DNA from: Eledone cirrhosa
Lineage: Eukaryota
Length of the DNA: 64,000 bases
NCBI GenBank assembly: GCA_964016885.1
Contig: OZ024741.1
Location: 349,866,001 to 349,930,000, forward strand
Direction of reading: 5' to 3'
Made by a program: the position numbers and the translations under genes
The notes under the pieces: generated by a model
Told to the model about the DNA's origin: nothing
Database searches by the model: none
The model's input: only the letters and a program-made list of their open reading frames with translations
In this document: in pieces, positions 43,255-57,472 of the stretch
Layout: each line of letters opens with the position of its first letter
How positions within the stretch are numbered: the first letter of the stretch is position 1

Positions 43255-44803
43255 GATCATGGCGATGATGATGCTGGTAATGAATATCCTGTCTACTATG
43301 GTCATAATGACAAGGATGATGATGAGGATGGTGCTGGTGATGATGATGGTGACCATGATGGTGACCATGATGATGATGATGATGGCGATGATGATGGTGA
43401 AGAGGATGAGGGTGATGAAGGGGGTGATAGGGATGATGGGTGATGATGGGGATGATGATGATGAAAAGGTGGTGGAGGAGGAGGAGAGAGAGAAGGCAGA
43501 ACAGGAGGAGGGGAGGAGCATGAGGAGAAGGAGGAGTAGGAGTAAATGGTTGTTTGGCGATGAAGGTAATGATAATAATTAGAACCACCACCATCACCAC
43601 CACCACTATCACCACCACCACCACCACCACTATCACCACCACCACCATCACCACCACCACCACCACCACTATCACCACCACCACCATCACCACCATCACC
43701 ACCACCATCACCACCACCACCACCACTACCACCATCACCACCATCACCACCACCATCACCACCACCACCACCACTACCACCATCACCACCACCACCACCA
43801 TCACCACCATCACCACCACCATCACCACCACCACCATCACCACCACCATCACCACCACCACCACCACTACCACCATCACCACCATCACCACCACTACCAC
43901 CACCACCACCACCACCACTATCACCACCACCACCACCATCACCACCACCACCACCACTACCACCACCACCACCACCATCACCACCATCACCACCACTACC
44001 ACCACCACCACTACCACCACTATCACCACCACCACCACCATCACCACCACAACCACCACTACCACCACCACCACCACCATCACCACCACCACCACCACTA
44101 CCACCATCACCACCATCACCACCACTACCACCACCACCACTACCACCACTATCACCACCACCACCATCACCATCACCACCACTATCACCACCACCACCAC
44201 CACTACCACCATCACCACCACCATCACCACCACCACCACCACTACCACCATCACCACCATCACCACCACTACCACCACCACCACTACCACCACTACCACC
44301 ACTACCACCACCACTACCACCACCACCACTACTACCACTACCACCACTACCACCACCACTACCACCATCACCACCATCACCACCACTACCACCACCACCA
44401 CCACCACCACCCCTATCACCACCGTCACCACCACCACCACCACCACCACCGTCACCACCGTCACCACCACCACCACCGCGATGATGATAATGATCATAAT
44501 CTTAATGGTCAAGGTGATAACAATGAAGTGAAAGGTGATGATGATGGTGATGCTGCTGATGATGATGATGATGAGGAGGAGGAGGAGGACGAGGAGGAGG
44601 AGGAGGGGGAGGATGGTGATATAATGATAATGATGCTGATAATAATGATGGTGATGATGCTGATGATATAATGATGATGATGAAAACAATGATGATGATG
44701 ATGATGATGGTGACGATGATGATGGTGACGATGATGATGATGATGATGATGATATAATGATGATGATGATGATGATATAATGATGATGATAACAATGATG
44801 ATT

Positions 44804-44835
<32 letters not shown>
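43255..44835. repeat. Long compound (GAT)n/(CAC,CAT,TAC)n microsatellite
   Basis: Directly visible. Confidence 0.95.
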
Positions 44836-44894
44836 ATTGTTCATCATGATGATAACGATGTAATCATTAGTATAAAGCTAGTATTACGCAGTTA

Positions 44895-44944
<50 letters not shown>

Positions 44945-45965
44945 TCTCTCTCTCTCTCCTACGTCTAACTAATCTATATCTACCTCCTCGGTACAGCTGT
45001 TAAGTGTTTATTATTTTAATTTTACAAAATAATATTTCAATGTCTATAAGAAACATCTTATATTTTTTAAATTCATTTACTGTGTTTTGTTCTGTTGTTT
45101 GCTTGTTTTGTTTGTTTGGTTTTTTTTGTTTTTTTGCGGGGTGTGGTGGGGGTTTGGGCTGTTCTTTTTTATTTATTTGTTAATTTTTTTTTGTTTTGAT
45201 TTTTGCCAGAAGAGAGACGGGGAGGGGTCCTGTTCTTTTCTATTTCTTTGTTTTTTTTTTGTTGTTGTTGTTGTTTTGGTTTTGTTTTTGCGGGGCGGCG
45301 GTGGGGGGGTGACTGTTCTTTTATATTTCTTAGTTGTTATGTTTTTGCGGGGGGGGGGGGACTGTTCTTTTATATTTCTTTGTTGTTATGTTTTTGTTGT
45401 TGTTGTTTTTGTTTTTGTTTTGGAAGCTGTTCTTTTTTATTTCGTTACTTTTTTCTTTTATTTCGTTATTTTTTCAAAATTCACGTTTAATACAAGATTT
45501 CGTACTGTTATCCAGCAGGTCCCTAAATATATCTGGAAGACATATTACCTTTATACAGAATATTATACAGTGTATAAATGATGAAGCAATATTTTGTTAT
45601 GTAGATAAGTAGAAGGGCAGCGAGTTATTTGAATCGATAGGTCGTCAGATAGAATACTTTGTGTTCTGTGATTAACAAAGGGAGAAAGTTAAGTCCTGCC
45701 TATTTATTACAGACATTTTCTGAAAAAAAATTTTTTTCATGAGTGGGGGTCTGTGACTATGACATTTGCAGGTCCTCCGAGGTGGATATGCATATATATA
45801 TATATTATTCCAAATATTAACAAATGAAGATATTCACATAATCAAAATATATGATTTGATATATGACATACTTCTACGGTCTTGATATTTCAATTCCAGT
45901 ATTGACTGCCAATACTAGAATTGAAATATCAAGACCGTAGAGGTATGTCATATATCAAATCATAT

Positions 45966-46028
45966 TTTATCTGACGAGGACGTACTGGAAAAAAAACAGC
46001 ACAGTACCTTCGAAATATATATAATAAA
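45966..46028 (+). ncRNA. Type I hammerhead within nested fold-back 45804-46081
   Basis: TTTAT-CTGACGA-GGAcGTACTG..CAGTACcTTC-GAA-ATATATAT-A^ATAAA. Confidence 0.8.
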
Positions 46029-46344
46029 GCATATATTTTGATTATGTGAATATCTTCATTTGTTAATATTTGGAATAATATTAAAACTCTAGGAATAACA
46101 CTGTTGAGTGCTTTTAATCTATGGTAAAACTGTATTCATTGAGTAATCAATGAACCATATAATCTTTGGTCATATATATATATATATATATATTACTCTT
46201 TTACTCTTTTACCTGCTCCAGCCATCCGTTGTTAAATATAGAAATTACTTCTACAGGACTAGAACTGTTTCATTTGAAGAAAATCATGTATTATGTATTG
46301 AGTACTTTACTTGCTGTGGTACCCCCGATTGAACCCGGAATACA

Positions 46345-46470
<126 letters not shown>

Positions 46471-46567
46471 GAACACTGGAAGGTAATATCCGTAGTAGTA
46501 GTAGAGCACTTGGTCCATGAGACGAGTTTGGTAGAAGTAGTAACGGCAACAGTTAGTTCAACATACT

Positions 46568-46604
46568 GAGAACAATTATTTCACCTTATGCGGATCTTCA
46601 GCTC
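46568..46604 (-). ncRNA. Minimal hammerhead in an inverted pLTR upstream of a Naiad-like ORF
   Basis: GAG-CTGAAGA-tCC gcataa GGt-GAA-ATAATTGT-T^CTC. Confidence 0.68.
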
Positions 46605-46779
46605 GGACTGGCAGTGGTTATACTGAACAGGAAAAACAACCGTATGAATGTGCATGCGCAGAAACGATCATTTCACCCAAGCGATACAAAACCACGGGCG
46701 AAAGGTGTAAGGGAGATAACTGCGAATGTCCAGAATAAAATGTTCGAGTTGATTAGAAAATTAGAATGCTGTTGTTATT

Positions 46780-47945
46780 CAATCAGGAACTTTGTAGTTA
46801 TGCAAGAGGTGTTTCCAGACTTGTGGACAGCGTGAGAAGATTTCATTTCTTGAAGGCTAACCCTACGGCCTACCACGATATCAATACAGAAGCCAAAGGC
46901 TTTGCTGCCGCCCTTAAGGTAGATAAGAAACTACAATGCTTAGCTAAACGTGAGGCGTTTCTCGCCCGCCCTGAGGGATCACAAGGTAGACTTTGCTTCT
47001 AATCCCACGTGTAGACTACTAAACCCACAGCACGCACGGAAATGGGACTAGTCAGTAAGGCTATACTTAGGAACATAGTTAAGACCATTAGGACCAAGTC
47101 CAACCTGTCCCAGTGGGAGAACAGCGACTCCGTCATTAAGTGGTTTAACTCCTTCAACTCCCAAAAAGCGAAGTTCACGCAATTCGACATTGATTTTTAC
47201 CCGTCGATCTCAGAGACCCTGTTAAACAAAGCGTTGGACTTTGCTACTACTTACACTACCGTACATGTTTTAGACAGGGAGATCATCGCACACTGCCGGA
47301 AAACCCTCCTCTTCAACAACGGAGTAGCCTGGGAAAAGAAGTCAATCACTTCAGAACTATTCGACGTCTCCATGGGATCGTTTGACAGTGCTGACGTATG
47401 CGACTTGATTGGCCTATTTATTTTAGACATATTACGTGTTAGATTCCCGGACTTCCACACGGGAATATACCGCGACGATGTTCACGACCTGGACCGGTTT
47501 AAAAAAGAATTAACTTCTACCTTTAATGAGTTAGGACTTAGGATAACAGTAGCTACCAACCTATCTAGCGTAAATTTCTTAGACATTAATTTAAACCTTC
47601 GCACACACACCTTCAGAACCATCCATAAACTAAACGAAAAATGTAATTATATACACAAGGACTCATGCCACCCTCCTACTGTTTTTAGAAACTTCGTAAA
47701 TAATATCAGTACTAGAATATCTAACCTCTCCTCTAATAAAGCAATCTTTGACAGAGCGGCCCCCTACTACAATACGACGTTAGCTAACAGCGGCTTCTCG
47801 CAACCAGTTACTTACTCCCCCACTAACACCAACAACAATAAGAAAAGAAATCGTAACAATAGACAAACTATCTGGTTCTCTCCTCCCTTCTCACTCAACG
47901 TTAAAACTAATGTAGGAAAATAATTTTTAATAAGGAGTTTCTTTC
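46780..47945 (+). pseudogene. Naiad-like PLE RT, internally deleted and truncated
   Basis: QWENSDSVIKWF, FDIDFYPSIS, FDVSMGSFDSADVCDLIG, IYRDD, VNFLDI, IWFSPPFS. Confidence 0.88.
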
Positions 47946-47959
47946 AAACCACCCTGTAT

Positions 47960-48097
<138 letters not shown>

Positions 48098-48104
48098 TGT
48101 GTGT

Positions 48105-48385
48105 GAAAGAAGTGTGCATGAGAGCATGTACGATCACGTACGAAAAATGCAGTTCATCATACACCGAAAGTACCATGAGGGGTCTACACATACGAATCAA
48201 GGAGCACGTGACAATGAGAGACCCCTCCGTTAAAAAAAATCTTGACAGATGCCACAGCCAAGATATTAAGGTCACCATAGAGACGACTGAAGGGAATATG
48301 GCAATTTAAGGATTAAGAAAACCATTTTCCTCAGCCGAATAAAACCAGAGATAAATAATTGGTCAGAAATGCACAAGGCAGAATA
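48105..48385 (+). pseudogene. Decayed PLE GIY-YIG C-terminus
   Basis: KCSSSYTESTMRGLHIRIKEH ... IKPEIN. Confidence 0.55.
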
Positions 48386-48721
48386 GTTACTGTAGCGACC
48401 CCGCACATGCCCTGACGTTTTGCACACACATAGACAATTTAGGGGTGAAAACTCTGAAAACTCTGACTACTCGTTTGTTTTATCTTGGACTGTTTCAGCT
48501 TCGCATCTGAATTTGTTTTGTTTCATTTGTCATCATTTGCCTTTCATATCTTTCTACCACATTGTACTGGCTTTGTTGTTCGGTATGTTACTATTTGATT
48601 ATTTTTTTGTTAAACTGTCTATACTGCTCATCTCTTGTTAATATGGTCTTACATTATTTGCAAATTATCTCCTATATATGTCATTAGCTCTTGAATTTAT
48701 GTTATTAATAGCTCTGAATTT

Positions 48722-48779
48722 GTCCTAGAGCTTTCATTATAGGCGATATGGCACGTGTCTGTAATTCTTCAGACACGAC
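48722..48779 (-). ncRNA. Hammerhead, core intact, stem I imperfect
   Basis: CTGAAGA-ATTAcAG..CTaTAAT-GAA-AGCT-C. Confidence 0.55.
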
Positions 48780-48815
48780 ATTTTCATTGGACGAAACCTA
48801 TCAAAGTTATCAAAG

Positions 48816-48897
<82 letters not shown>

Positions 48898-49165
48898 TTG
48901 CAAACAGTTCCGGCTGCCGAGTCAGCGATTCGATCTCCCGACATATAGAACGGCCACGCCATACATAAGTAGGCAATGAAGTTGAAGTCCGAACCGCTAC
49001 GCGCGTCGCCACGGTAATTCACTTCCTCATTTTTTGAATCAGTTCGAGCACTTCATTCAGAACTGCTGGACTGGCAACCTGACAGATACCTCAGGCACAG
49101 AAAGTGATTATCGCTAAATGCTGATGTTGGTTAGATTATCAATATTAGTATTATTGGGGCACCTA

Positions 49166-49280
49166 CTGATGAATTATAGGAGCCCACTTGAATATATATC
49201 TATTGATGGTATACAAGCTCCTACATAAATTGGTATAATTTAACCCAATTTGTAGGAATCCTATAATGAAACGAGACGTC
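49166..49280 (+). ncRNA. Hammerhead core with branched stem II
   Basis: CTGATGA-ATTATAGGA[two internal hairpins]TCCTATAAT-GAA-ACG aga CGT-C; stem I not evident. Confidence 0.6.
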
Positions 49281-49459
49281 CATCTGGGAAGAGATATATT
49301 AGATATGTCTCATTTGAAATAATACAGCCAACTTTCCACGCAATACTTTTAGTTAGCACCACGAACACATAATTGGGAATATAATCACTTATTTCCTAAT
49401 GTTTGTTGAGTGAGTTGGAATTTGGCCGGAGTATCGCTAAAAAGCTTTCTCCGATATTG

Positions 49460-49545
<86 letters not shown>

Positions 49546-49546
<1 letters not shown>

Positions 49547-50042
49547 GTTATTCCGGGTTAAATCGGAGGTAACCACAGTAAGTAAGGTACTCAATACATT
49601 GCAGAGTATAAAAGTTTTAATATAGATGAGATTCTACAGGACTAGAACTGTTTCATTCTTTAGAAATCATCAGGAATCTGGGTATCAAAAAGCTTTTAAA
49701 GAATCTCCCCTTCCTTTAAATCTATCTACCATGACTGAGCCCCACTGATCTTATAGACACCTGTTAGCTTAAGAGAAACTTAATAATAAGGAGTGGCACC
49801 CCATCCTGAACCTGTTTATAGAATTCTTTCTGCCTTTGTTGCTCTAAAAATAAAAATAAACTATAGCTTTGTAGAATTAGCTTTTAATGAATTCCCTTTT
49901 CTATCAACCAATGACCTACACCCATCCCACTCCCCACCTCCTCCTACCACTTGTAGAGACCTATAAATACCATATTTTTTGATACCCAGATTCCTGATGA
50001 TTTCTAAAGAACGAAACAGTTCTAGTCCTGTAGAATCTCATC

Positions 50043-50046
<4 letters not shown>
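49546..50046. mobile_element. Non-coding family 'A' mini-element with outward-facing HHRs at 49629-49679 (-) and 49988-50038 (+)
   Basis: Inverted arms with intact CTGATGA..GAAACAG..CTGTA^GAATC; (TA)n on both sides. Confidence 0.8.
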
Positions 50047-50119
<73 letters not shown>

Positions 50120-50723
50120 CGGAGTTGTAGATTGAGCAACAATTGACTACAGCTTCAAGTATATAAAGTGATATATGTGATTATAATAGTATATTTTACA
50201 CTAACTTTAACTTTATGTAAAAAGGTTAATTATATGACTTTTATTCTAAAATTATATCGTAGTCTAAAAATTATCGATAGAAATAGAGCCAACAAATTAA
50301 AAGTATGTATATAATCCATCTCAAAAACGATATATTAAGTTTCTCTTTAGCAAGCATCTAATACAAATTTAAGGTCTAAAAAACAATAGCAAAATTAGTC
50401 TTTGGTACTTCATGCTATAATCTTTAAAATTGAACACAGTATTCTAGGATTTACTTTAAGTAAATATACTAAATAGTTCATCCAGTCAAACCCATCGTGA
50501 AATCAAATAGTTACAATATTTATGATATCGCTTTAAAACTATAATTGCAGTTTCCAGCAGGCTGCGTCGTTTTAATTGGCACTCGTGTCTCCGCATTCAA
50601 TTGAGATCCACTTGCAAGAAAAAATTACAATGTGTATTTAAAGGAACTACGATGTAACCGAAGAGTATTTAGAATCGATTAAGTTTTTAAATATTTTCTG
50701 ATGTTCATATTATATAGAGTAGA

Positions 50724-50937
50724 AGGGTGGTGGATTGGCAGTATCGGTAGAGTCGGACGCCATGCTTTGCAGCATAGAGTTACGGCCCTTTATGGTCTGA
50801 GTTCAAATCCCGCCGAGGTTAACTTTGCCCGTCATCCTTACGGGGCCGATAAAATAAAGCACCAGTAACGTACTGGGATCGATTTAATCGATTCCCCCTC
50901 CCCGCAAATTACTGGCCCTGTGCCTATACTAGAAATC
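50724..50937 (+). mobile_element. tRNA-derived SINE with 15-bp TSD
   Basis: A box TGGCAGTATCGG, B box GAGTTCAAATCC; TSD ATTATATAGAGTAGA at 50709-50723 and 50938-50952. Confidence 0.88.
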
Positions 50938-51582
50938 ATTATATAGAGTAGAGTTTAGTAGGAATGACTGGTCAGTTGTGGTTGTTAACACCCGGATCTA
51001 TCCTGATTGAATAGACTTATGATCAGATGTATTCGACCCATGAACGTCCTGCCTCTTTTAATTATTGTGCGTCTGGGACTACATTATTCAATATATACTT
51101 TCTAGTTTTAAGATGATATGGTATGATATAAGATAGATTTGGGTCTATTTCCAGCAAGTTTAGTGACCTTGTAAATTCTTCCTCTCTGGTTGGTTCATAC
51201 GTTGATGTAAACCAATGATGAAGGAATAAATGGCTCAGGTACTGGAGCTCACACTTGATGGCTTATATATTTTGAGGACGTTGATGCTCGTTATGATCAC
51301 AACCATAATCATAATCACCATCATGATAATTCTCATGATGAAACATATATTGCGCAGTTGCTGTTTTCATCACTCTATGCTGCCAATCTGTGTATGCCAC
51401 CAGAGTACTATACAGTACTATACAGCTGAACAAGCTGCTAAGTGTTTATTATCTTAGCTTAAGAATATTATGTTTCACTGTTAATGAAAAAGGCCTTTAT
51501 TTTCACATTCTTATAGATTGCTTTTGGAAATACAAGATGAACACATATTTCCTGATAGCTACAGGCAGTAGCTATCCGGACA

Positions 51583-51730
51583 TAGACTGGCCAAATAGTT
51601 AAGTCTTTTGCTTCGCAGTCTTGAAGTCCCGGGTTCAATCCTTCTGTATAGTATCTTAGGCAAGTGTCTTTTGCCATAAACTCGTGTCAACCCAAGCCTT
51701 GTATATAAAATTGATTAGATGGAAACTATA
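51583..51730 (+). mobile_element. Second tRNA-SINE family (CORE-like body)
   Basis: TGGCCAAATAGTTAAG, GGGTTCAATCC, CTTAGGCAAGTGTCTT. Confidence 0.65.
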
Positions 51731-52539
51731 AATCCTAAATCCAATTTGTAATTCATGTGATACTGATTCTTCTTGAAAATTATATTTCGAGGACACGTGT
51801 CTGTGAAGTACATAGCTATATACATGCTAATTCAATGAGCGAGTAGCTCAATCGATCACACAACTCAATATTCTCGTAGTCGAAACCAACGGTGACCCTT
51901 TGATTGGTAGTGTATCTCATACTTGAAAACCCAGCTGTTTTTCAGAATACCTTGACACCAACCCACCCCAGACCACCATGGATTTTAAGATACAAAACAA
52001 CTTGTTTTAAATTAAATGAAAACCTTTCGTCCAAATTTTATTATATTCCAATCTTCTTCTTCTTCTTCTTCTTCTTCTTCTTCTTCTTCTTCTTCTTCTT
52101 CGTTTCACTATATATATGTGTAGTGAAAAGATTAAAATGCTAGAGGTTTCTTTACAAATCACAGGTTATAGGGAAAAACAAAAATAGGGTTTTAAAAATG
52201 CAATGACTGATCTTCTGGTTATTTAGAAGGTTTCTGTATTGATGTGCGAAGTAATTTTATGATTATTTATATATTTTCATCTACTTTAACTTATTTCAGC
52301 TATTTTTACAAAAAAAATTTTTCGTTATAGTCTTGAAAAATTGTTTTCATTTATGTTTATCTCACGTGTTTGGTCGCTTATGTTCTTGCTGAGTATGAAG
52401 GACGCAACTGTTTATATCTTTGTCGTTTATGTTGAGGAGAATACAAGGAGCGTAATTCAAACTTGATTATATCTTTTTATATGTATTTTTTTTTATATGT
52501 GTAAACAATTATGTTTTGGTTTCAATTTACTAATCCGTT

Positions 52540-52990
52540 TCTCCTGAGTGAAATTATCACTACACTGCTAGAATAAGAAGACATCAAAATTTGGCAGAAT
52601 TTGTCCTCTACATTCCTCTATATGTTGGCATAGAGGGATATTTCTGCTTTGAGAGTCACTGATATGTTGTTGGTGGACTGTCATTCGTCTCCATAGTGAA
52701 ATGCCTGTTTGTCCAATATAATATTCACGACAGTCTTTACACGTTATGATGTATATTAGGTTCTCCGACATGCAAGAGAAGTCATTTTTAATTTTAAAGA
52801 TGGAACCGTCTTTGAAATTAAATTCGTTGCCTTCTAAAAGATAGTTGCATACTCTGCAGTAAGGTAGATTGCACCTTTTTACTTCAGGTCTTTAAAAATG
52901 GTTTATAGCTTTGCATTCGTTAGTAACCTTTTAGTGATTATGATTGTCGTTTACTTTTTATGATTGGGTGTTTTTTGTAAGATGTTTTTC
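52540..52990 (-). pseudogene. Neptune-like PLE GIY-YIG remnant, related to 28891-30221
   Basis: SENLIYIITCKDCREYYIGQT..RRMTVH..IPLCQHI. Confidence 0.85.
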
Positions 52991-53389
52991 ATATAAATGT
53001 TAATATAAATATACATATATATCTATGTGTGTGTTTGTGTGTGTGCGCGTGTGTATAATATATATATATATAAATATATATAGTAATAATAAATGTGAAT
53101 ACTAAAAGAAAAAAAGAAAAAAATATATATATATGTATGTATATATATGTATATATATGTATATATATGTCTAAATATATATGTGTGTGTGTGCGTGTGT
53201 GCGCGTGTGTGTGTGTGTGTGTAGTTTCAGAAGATCCCGTTAAGGGTGAAAGCCGCGATTCTTTGCTTAAACTTTAATCTGTTCTTATAATAAATATTTG
53301 CTCTACGGGTTTATGTATATTTATGTATATATAAATATATAATCCTTATCGAGCCCTCTTCGGATTTTAGTATTCACATTTATTATTAC

Positions 53390-53431
<42 letters not shown>

Positions 53432-53561
53432 TCATCTTTTTCCATTTATCTGAGGGTTCTAAACCCCATTATCAGGCTAAAATTCCTTTAGTCAAAAATA
53501 CGGTGAAAGCTATTCTATTTTCTAATTTCAAACCTGCTCACTGTTTCAAAACATACTTACT

Positions 53562-53628
<67 letters not shown>

Positions 53629-53646
53629 CATACATACATACATACA

Positions 53647-54255
53647 TGGTGGCTGCCAACTCGTTTTCGAGTACGGCCACTACTTTATATCCTTCTAGGA
53701 GAACCGCTACCGATGCGCTGAACGAGTGTGACTTTTTAGTCCAGCCAGCGACTTGAAAACTCTGATACAAACACTACACTTGTGACAATTATTGACACAT
53801 AGTGCTGGGCCCATGGTACAACGTGACGACAAGTGCAGAGAGATCTCCAGATATAAAGCAATGCCTGTGCCGTGAAGCTTTTATAGTGAGTAAAGGCACT
53901 GCATAAAGCCAGTCCCACTCTCTTAACCAAGATGATATTTACCAAAAAGAAGAACAAGTCAACATCATTGGATACCATCAGAGTTGCAGGTGTTATATCA
54001 GAGTTTTCCTTCTCCTAGAATTCTGCTTTGACAAAGGCTAAGGGGTCATCTCTCCCGGTGATTTTGGATGGCCATTGACTCTTCAGAGCTCCTTTGCCCT
54101 TTGACAGGTTTTGTTTTTAGTCCTGCAGGATGTCCAAAGTGACCCTCCTCACCAAGCAACCTTGGTGGGGTTGCCAGTTTAGTCGCCAACGACCCGACCA
54201 TGAGACAGGTTGTACTGGGATACATGTTACCAGTAGCACCAACTGGTGACCTGAC
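53647..54255 (-). mobile_element. Short non-coding retroposon in (CATA)n, probably RTE-derived; paralogue at 62625-63309
   Basis: Homologous ends in both copies; TAGCCTTTGTCA..CTAGGAGAAGG resembles RTE 5' regions. Confidence 0.6.
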
Positions 54256-54939
54256 ATACATACATACATACATACATACATACATACATACATACATACA
54301 TACATACATACATACATACATACACATACGTACATACATATATACTGCTTACACAGATACATACACACACACATACATACATACACAAATGCACACATAC
54401 ATACACATATAGGCACATACATACATTCATACATTCATACATACATACAAAGGCTAAGGGGTCAGCGGGAGAGACATACATACATACATACATACATACA
54501 TACATACATACATACATACATACATACATACATACATACATACATACATACATACATTATACACACACACGCATATAATGTTCAAGGTAGAAGAAAACGA
54601 TTATCAAAAAGCGAAAAAGAAATGCTATGAATTACGAGTATACATGTGCGCAGCATGTTCACCGGGGAAGAAAGAAATTACATATGTATATATGTGTGTG
54701 TGTGTGTGTGTATAAATACCATATATATATGTGTGTGTGTGTATACATGTATATATATGTGTGTGTGCATGTATATATATATATATATATACTATATATA
54801 TGTGTGTATATGTATATATATATATATATATATAGAGAGAGATATAGATATATATATATATATATAGATATAGATATATATATATATATATAACATAGAA
54901 AAAGTCAATCGCAAACATTTGTGATCTGATCTCACTCAC

Positions 54940-55080
54940 GTGAACTTTCTTCAAGGTGTGGTAGATTCTTTACAGTTGCTTCTCTTGGAATATGTTCACT
55001 TGCAAAACAACCTCTCGTCATTAACAAACATTGAATGGAAGACAAAAATAGTACCTGTTTCTTTGATTCTTCTTGTATTG
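54940..55080 (-). other. Possible 141-bp host exon (unverified)
   Basis: TTAG acceptor, GTGAGT donor, open frame IQEESKKQ..PHLEESS; non-repetitive; no recognisable domain. Confidence 0.2.
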
Positions 55081-55374
55081 CTAAGCATGAGATATTTTCA
55101 GAGGAATTTTGGCATTCAACGAAACAATTAAAGAAAAAATAATAATAATGTTACCAGGATATTTTTTCCGTATATTTATCCCCCTTTTCTCCCCCCCCCC
55201 CCCCCCCCCCACACACACACCTCACTCATTTTCTTTTTCTCATTCATTGTTTTAGTGTAGAATTCGATTTTTCCTTGCTTTTTATTTTTTTTGTTTTTCT
55301 GTTATTAGGTTTGTTGATTTGTTGTTGTTCTTAATAAAATACAAAACAGTTCAAGCTTTCGTAATCTTTATCTC

Positions 55375-55712
55375 TAACATTAGTAGAAGGCCAGCTATTT
55401 TGTTGGAGAGGGGAAAGAGAAATTTGATTATATCGACCTCAGTAGATAACTGGTACTTTATTTTGTCGACTCCAGAAAATGAAAGGCAAAGTTGACAGAC
55501 GTAGTAGAGGTGTTGGGCGGAACGAAATGTTAGGTTTGGCAGTATCGGTAGAGGGTCTGACGCTATGCTTTGAAGCAAAGAGTTATCGCCCTTTATGGTC
55601 TAAGTTCAAATCCCGCCGAGGTTAACTTTGCCTTTCATCCTTACGGGGTCGATAAAATAAAGTACCAGTAATACACTGGAATAATTGGTGGCCTTGTGCC
55701 AAAAGTAGAAAT
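55375..55712. mobile_element. Two SINE copies (family of 50724), head to head
   Basis: Minus-strand 3' half at 55375-55497; plus copy from ~55525 with A and B boxes. Confidence 0.8.
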
Positions 55713-55782
55713 AATATACGCATGCATACACACACATACTTACATACATACCTGCATACATGCATATATAAATATATATATG

Positions 55783-55849
<67 letters not shown>

Positions 55850-56001
55850 AGGGAGAAAAAGACGATTATTAGGAAGAAAAATATTTTTTTTTCATTATTT
55901 TTTCTCTTTTTTCTGGGTTAGAAAATGTTTAAAACAAAATAGTTTACTTTGTGTGAAGTGTTAAGGTATTTGTTAATTTATTTATTAATTAACAATAGCA
56001 T

Positions 56002-56032
<31 letters not shown>

Positions 56033-57000
56033 TATATTTAATAATTGTCTATTACCGGTTTCAGCATTTTATGCATTATCAAAGGGGGGAATTGGTATAG
56101 GTATAAAATGTAGGAGAGAAGATAAGGTGATGTTGAACATGTTAAGGAAATGGGAAAGAAAGAATAATATTATTTACAAACAAGGTTTTTGAAGTAAAAA
56201 GATAAAAAAGGGGTGGTGATGTGGATCATGATGTGGAAAGAAAGAATAATATTGTTTACAGGCATAGTTCTTGAGGATAAGCAGTTCAAAAAGTGTTATT
56301 ATGGCATGAGCGATTGGTTGGTCCATGATGGAAGCAAATGGTAGTCTGGGGTTGGATATTTTTTCCCTTTTTAGAGAGTTAATATGCAGGGAGAGGTAAT
56401 TCAGGGTAGACGGGTAGAAGAGAGAGATGACAGGGGGTAATTCATTTATATAAGAAAAAGGATTAGATAGGGTGTTAGGGAGGTAACTCTTTAGAGAACG
56501 TAGGAATTTGGAGCTTTGGTTCATTGTTCGTTCCAGTTTTAGTTTAGTCCGAAGTTTAGTCCATTAAGTAGAGGTTGGAATTTGTCAATGAAGTACGTTT
56601 CCTTATTAGTACGATGGATGAAAGAAGCGTTGTCTATAAATTTGTAAATGGGGAAAATTTTAAAGTTTGGTTGTTGGTTAGGTGCACAATTGGCGATATG
56701 TTCACTAAAAGCAATCTTTCTGTATTCCTATATTTTGATTTGTGATCTATAGACGGTCATACGTTGTCTGGGGCTGTTTTTTTGTCTGTCCTATGTAGTG
56801 CTCACGACAACCTGAGCAGGTCAAGACATAGATTAGGTTTTCAGATGCACATGTAAAGTTGTATTTAACTGTGAAATGTTGTCGTTGTTTAAAAAATAAA
56901 TTAACTAATACCTTAACACTTCACACAAAGTAAAATATTTTGTTTTAAACATCTTCTAACCCAGAAAAAAGAGTAAAAAATAAAGGAAAAAATATATTTT
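55850..57000 (-). mobile_element. 5'-truncated Neptune-like PLE: EN remnant 56565-56895, 3'UTR, pLTR, and inverted pLTR copy at 56900-57000
   Basis: Nucleotide similarity to 28920-29230; 55870-55975 mirrored at 56900-57000. Confidence 0.8.
56049..56086 (-). ncRNA. Minimal hammerhead with U3-A8 core (weak stem I)
   Basis: ct-TTGATAA-tGCA taaaa TGCt-GAA-ACCGGT-A^at. Confidence 0.58.
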
Positions 57001-57098
57001 TAATATTCTACCATACTATTTCATTATAATATCATTATAATTTTAAAGGATTGTAAACAAAATGAGTAAATCAGACTAAGTTGGAATTCCTTTTATTA

Positions 57099-57187
<89 letters not shown>

Positions 57188-57427
57188 TAACTTATACACA
57201 TACAAATATACACATATTCATACACAATACTTACATACATACCTACATACATGCATATATATATATATATATATATATAAGATAAAAACACTTGAGTGCA
57301 TTAGAGTCAAACACACTCATCGCATTAGAGAAATGACAGTACAAGAGATAGCTCAATGTTATCAAACAGAGCCGAAAAAATTTATATAAATCAACAAAGG
57401 AGCCCTTAATACATTAAAAATCTTGAT

Positions 57428-57472
57428 TCGCTGACAATGTTTCGTCCCAGTAATTAGGACTCTTCAGAGCAA
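57428..57472 (-). ncRNA. Canonical minimal type I hammerhead at the end of a long AT-rich PLE-like 3'UTR
   Basis: TTGCT-CTGAAGA-GTCC taattactg GGAC-GAA-ACATTGT-C^AGCGA. Confidence 0.85.

Noticed and set aside
50724-51730. tRNA genes
   Set aside because: A and B boxes are present but there is no cloverleaf; they are SINE heads, one with a TSD
54130-54255. Twister or HDV-like ribozyme assignment for the short retroposon 5' end
   Set aside because: GGAGGG and CTAA-ACTGG are suggestive, but the required pseudoknot pairings could not be completed in both copies
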